Shown piece by piece: positions 58,905 through 64,000 of a stretch of 64,000 bases of DNA. How positions within the stretch are numbered: position 1 is the first letter of the stretch; each line of letters begins with the position of its first letter. This DNA comes from the human T2T-CHM13v2.0 reference genome, Homo sapiens. The notes beneath the pieces are model-generated. The model did no database searches and was not told the origin of the DNA. It was given only the letters and a program-made list of their open reading frames with translations. Location of the stretch: assembly GCF_009914755.1 (NCBI RefSeq), contig NC_060926.1, one strand, 5' to 3'. Made by a program: the position numbers and the translations under genes.

Positions 58905-59230
58905 GGCTAAGTGTAGTAACTCACACCAGTAATCCTAGCACTTTGAGAGGCCGAGACAGAAGGATCAACTGAGGCCAGGAGTTTGACACCAGCCTGGGCA
59001 ACATAGTGAGACCTTGTCTCTACAAAAAATAAAAATTAAAAATTAAAAAAAAATTACCCAGGTGTGGTGGTACACACCTGTAGTTCCAGCTACTTGGGAG
59101 ACTAAGGTTGGAGGGTTGCTTGAGCCTGGGAGTTTGAGGCTGGCTGCAGTGAGCTATACTGTGCCACTGCACTCCAGCCTTTGCAACAGAGCAAGACCAT
59201 GTCTCTAAAAAACATACAACAACAACAAAA
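58905..59230 (+). mobile_element. Alu (AluJ-like) within MLT1-type LTR remnants
   Basis: Full dimeric Alu with (AAC)n tail. Confidence 0.92.
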
Positions 59231-59377
59231 TTAGCCTTTAAACTTAGTTTGAGCAGTATTTTGCTAGAATCTTAACACAAATTGAGAAACAGTTTTACCC
59301 CAAACATGGTAAACTTAGATAACTCATTACCCAGGATGTGATATAGACTAATAATATTAAAGTTTAAGAAAAGTTTA

Positions 59378-59688
59378 GGCCAAGTGTGGTGCCTCACCCC
59401 TATAATCCCAGCACTTTGGGAGGCCGAGGTGAGTGGATCACCTGGGGTCAGAAGTTCAAGACCAGCCTGGCCAATGTGTGAAACCCCGTCTCTATTAAAA
59501 ATACCAAAAAAAAAAAAAAAAAAAAAAAAAGCTGGGCATGGTGGTGCGGCTGTAATCCCACTATTCAGGAGGCTGAGGCAGGAGAATCCCTTGAACCCAG
59601 GAGGCAGAGATTGCGATGAGCCAAGATTGTGCCATTGCACTCCAGCCTAGGGAACAGAGTGAGACTCCGTCTCCAAAAAAAAAAAAAA
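59378..59688 (+). mobile_element. Alu (AluS-like) with expanded middle A tract
   Basis: Full dimeric Alu; long A linker at ~59506-59530. Confidence 0.93.
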
Positions 59689-61750
59689 GAAACATTTACA
59701 TTTAGAGAAATTCGTCGATGATGATAACACTACAAGGAGACAACAAAAACCATGAGAAAATTTTTAGGACACATTCCCAGCTTGTTGGAATAAGGTAAAC
59801 TCTGTTGCAAAGAAGGTTCGGAGCATTTGAAGGAATATTCAGGCAACAGTGTGACAGAGAAGTAGAAAGAGGAGAAACTAAAAATAGAGAAATCCATTCA
59901 AGAGGTAGTTAGAATAGGAGTAGAGAGGTGACGAGGTCCTGAACCAAGGCCACAGCTCTAGCATGAGGTGCATGGCAAGACAGAAGGAGGAAGAAAAATT
60001 ACTCTAGGAATCTACCTTACGTGCTTGATAGACTTGGGGTGTAGTGTAGAAAAGTAAGGAAGAGAAAATACTGGAAGGAAAGGGGTGGTGTAAAGCGCTC
60101 ATTTTTGGAAATTCTGACTTTGAAGTAAGTAGGAAGAGGTGCCTGCTAGGTGGTTAGATCAACCCCAGGAGAAATCAAGGCTACAGAAGTGGATTTGGAA
60201 GTCAATCACCTGATGGGTGAAATGCAAAAATGTGGAAATGGAGAATATCACACAGAGAAAAGAGTGCTGAGGACGCAGCCTTAGGGAATGACAAGAATTG
60301 AGGAGCCAAAGTTGGAGAAACAGGACAGTGGCATCTGTGGAGGCAGGCAGAGCCCCACTTCTTTTGCTAATTCTGAATAATAAAACATGACAAACACATA
60401 TGTCACAGTGTTTCATAGATATACTGTGTAGTAATCCTGTTTCACATCGGGAATGCTGTAGTAGGCAGTGATTTCATTATCCACGTGATCAAGCTTGAAG
60501 AGATCAGAGGATGACCAACAGTGCCTTCTGGGTGGTGCACACTAACACTTCCCCTGGTCTGCTCTGTTCCCATGCTCAGATAAGAAGCTCCCATTGAAGC
60601 TGGTAGAGAGAAGGAAAGCACTTGAGCACTGTGAAGTGTTACACAATCTTCTCTTTTAGGCAAGCCTGGCCATTGTGACACCCAGTGCGACAGGCAGGGG
60701 TTGTAAGTTGCATCATAGCACCTTGGAGCACTTGCTCAAGGTACCAAGTTCCTAGCTGGTGTTAGCTCATCATAGAAAAGTGGCCAGGCTTATATCATCT
60801 GAAGAAAGTAAACAGTTCAGAAACAGAAATAGTTCATATAATACAAAGTCACCAAAGCAATGCCTTTTTTTTTTTTTTCACCTGTGAGTGATCGTATTGA
60901 TTTAATACACACAGCTTATTTCTGTCCCAGGTTACAAACTAGCCCTAGGGAAACGGTGGAGCCAGTCATTTGGATTGCCCTTTACTGGCTGGGAATTAAA
61001 TCATTACTTATTCCATTTTAGAATCACAAGTAGTACCCTAAGGCCTACTTTCCTAAGGATTAAAATCAAGGCATGGAAGTGAAGAATCCAGGTGTAATTC
61101 TCAGATGCATGCAGATGTTGAGAATGCAGCAATTTTTCCTGGAAAGCTGTCACTGCAAAATCATCCTGCTCACGATATGCTCATTCCTAGTTCTCAAGCA
61201 TATCCAATTAGTCAACAAGCCTGATTTCTCCTTTTAAAATGGCACTGACTCTTATTCTCCCTCCTCATGCCAATCTCTCCTACACAGTGCAGACAATTAT
61301 CAGCTCACTCCCTGGGCTACCCAGGAAACCTCAGATTTCCTCTGCCATCCTGCATGCTGCTACCAATTGCATTTTTTCCTTTCCCTCCCCTACTTCTCTC
61401 TCTCCCTCCTTTTCTTTCTTCCTTCCTTAATTTTGGAAAATTCAGTCATTTCTTTATTCCAAAATTGAATTAATTTTAAATCCATACAGAGTCCTCATGG
61501 TGGAGGAAATGTGAGTGGGAATTCTTTACCTTTCTCTTGACTCTCATCTCTGGGTGAAGCATTTATTCAACTACTTCAGAGCTGTGCCGCTTGGCAGAAA
61601 TAGCTTTCACTTCCCTTCCTAAAGCTCTTTCTTCTTCTTCTTCCCAAGTTATTTGGGTCTTTTAAAATATATGTTTTTTTCATAAGAAACCCACATGTAT
61701 GGTGCAAAATTCAAAAGGTATGAGAGAGTATTCATTGAAAAGTATGCCTA

Positions 61751-62109
<359 letters not shown>

Positions 62110-62764
62110 TTATTAAAAAAATTTTTTTAATCTCTTTTTTGAGAGACATGCAATTTATTTTTAAGCACAAATGGTACATACTATACATACTGTTATGCTC
62201 ATATCCTTTTCTCCCCCCAGAAATATATATCTTGGAAAATTATCCTTCTTAGAACACATAGAGCTAACTTTATCTTTTTAGTGGCTCTATGTTCATTTTT
62301 TAAACTGTCTTTTATGGACTAGGAATTAAAACATTATTTTTTCTATCTCACAATAATAAGCAGTACCCCAAGGCCAAGTTTCCTAAGGATTAGAATCAAA
62401 GCATGGAAATAAAGAACCTAGCTGTAATTGTAAGATGCATGAAGACAGTGAGGTACCATAATTACCTGAGCCAGTTCTTTGGCAGAGGACATTTAGACTG
62501 TTTCTAATCTTTTGCTAGTAGGAACAATGCTACAGTGAATGCCTTGAATGAATGCCATTTTGTTCATGTATGAGAACACCTGCAGGATAAATTCCTGGGA
62601 GAAAAATTGCTAAATCCAAGGGTGAGTACATTTTAAATATTGCAAAATTACTCTCCAAAAATGTCTATTTTTCTTAATCATTGCATTTATTATATTACTC
62701 TTTTGCTCCCAAATGTTAGTGAATCCTTGCACTTATTTAATCCTCTGCTGTCTCCATGCTGTAA

Positions 62765-63073
62765 TTTTTTTTTTTTTTTTTTTTTTTTTTTGAGACAGGG
62801 TCTTGCTCTGTCACCCAGGCTAGAGTATAGTGGTGCAATCACGGCTCACTGTTGCCTTGAGGTCCCCAGGCTCAGATGATCCTCCCACCTCAGCCTCCCG
62901 AGGAGCTGAGACTACAGGCATGCGCCACCACACTGGCTAATTTTTGTATTTTTTGTAGACATGGGGTTTTGCTATGTTGCCCAGGCGGGTCTTGAACTCC
63001 TGGGCTCCAGTAATCTGCCCACCTTGGCCTCCCAAACTGCTAGGATTATAGGCGTTAGACACTGAGCCTGGCC
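62765..63073 (-). mobile_element. Alu (AluJ-like)
   Basis: Poly-T plus full reverse Alu. Confidence 0.93.
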
Positions 63074-63262
63074 AAAAGTAGTGTTCTAAATTACCAAGAT
63101 TCTTCTCCGCATTAATAGTCTGAGAACTTTTTATATTGTTTTGAAATATGGAAAGTTTGCAGTTTAGGAGAAAATAAAAAAGTTTGATTAAGCTGAAAAC
63201 ATGTAGTGCTAAAAGAGGTCTTGAAAGCATCGCCTGGGAACTGGTTAGAAATGCTGACTGCA

Positions 63263-63626
<364 letters not shown>

Positions 63627-63632
63627 CTATTG

Positions 63633-64000
63633 TGTTATGAGTTAAATTTTGTTGCCCAAAAATGTGCATGTTGAAGTAAAAAATTTGCATGTTGAAGTCC
63701 TAACCCCTCGAAATATGACCTTATTTGGAAACAAGGTCTTTGCAGGTGATCAAGTAAAGATGAGGTCATTATGGTGGACCCTAATCCAATAGGACTGGTG
63801 TCCTTATGAAAGGGAAAGGTTGGACAGAGAGACACGCATACCATCTGAAGATGAAGGCCGTGGTTCAGGTGATGCTTCTATAAACTAAGAAAAAACCACC
63901 AGAAGCCGGAAAGAGATATGCAGCAGATTTTCCCTCTCTGCCCACAGAAAAATCATTTCTGCCAACACCTTGATCTTGGATCTGTGGCGTCCAAAACTGA
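63633..64000 (+). mobile_element. MLT1B/C-like LTR, runs off the window
   Basis: tgttatgagttaaatt...gaccttatttggaaac...ccaacaccttgatcttgga; 21-bp internal tandem duplication (aaaaat[g/t]tgcatgttgaagt). Confidence 0.82.

Overview
Human-type (hominid) intergenic DNA dominated by transposable elements, with no supportable protein-coding gene; the ORF track is almost entirely Alu, L1, SVA and LTR read-through. The clear functional genes are a convergent Pol III pair, tRNA-Ala(CGC) at 55579-55650 (+) and tRNA-Gly(GCC) at 55957-56027 (-), downstream of a small CpG island. From memory this pair matches TRA-CGC3-1/TRG-GCC2-2 at 2q24.1 between NR4A2 and GPD2, which needs BLAT confirmation. The large mobile elements are a full-length young SVA (E/F-like, 22229-24979) with a short 3' transduction, and a full-length, ORF-dead L1PA4-6 (25065-31197, -) about 60 bp away, tail-to-tail. 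Most notable observations: (1) a TSD-flanked, A-tailed retrocopy of vault RNA 2-1 (nc886) inside a MER58A at 15314-15451; (2) a ~410-bp micro-inversion that split an Alu and left a 25-bp inverted duplication (57392-57957); (3) a four-layer nested insertion (L1M > MER2 > Alu monomer > AluS); (4) a CpG-retaining, G-rich MER1B that looks regulatory; (5) several fold-back or templated-insertion scars. I did not find a new multi-gene system. Repeat subfamily calls come from remembered consensus sequences, and boundaries of old elements are approximate.
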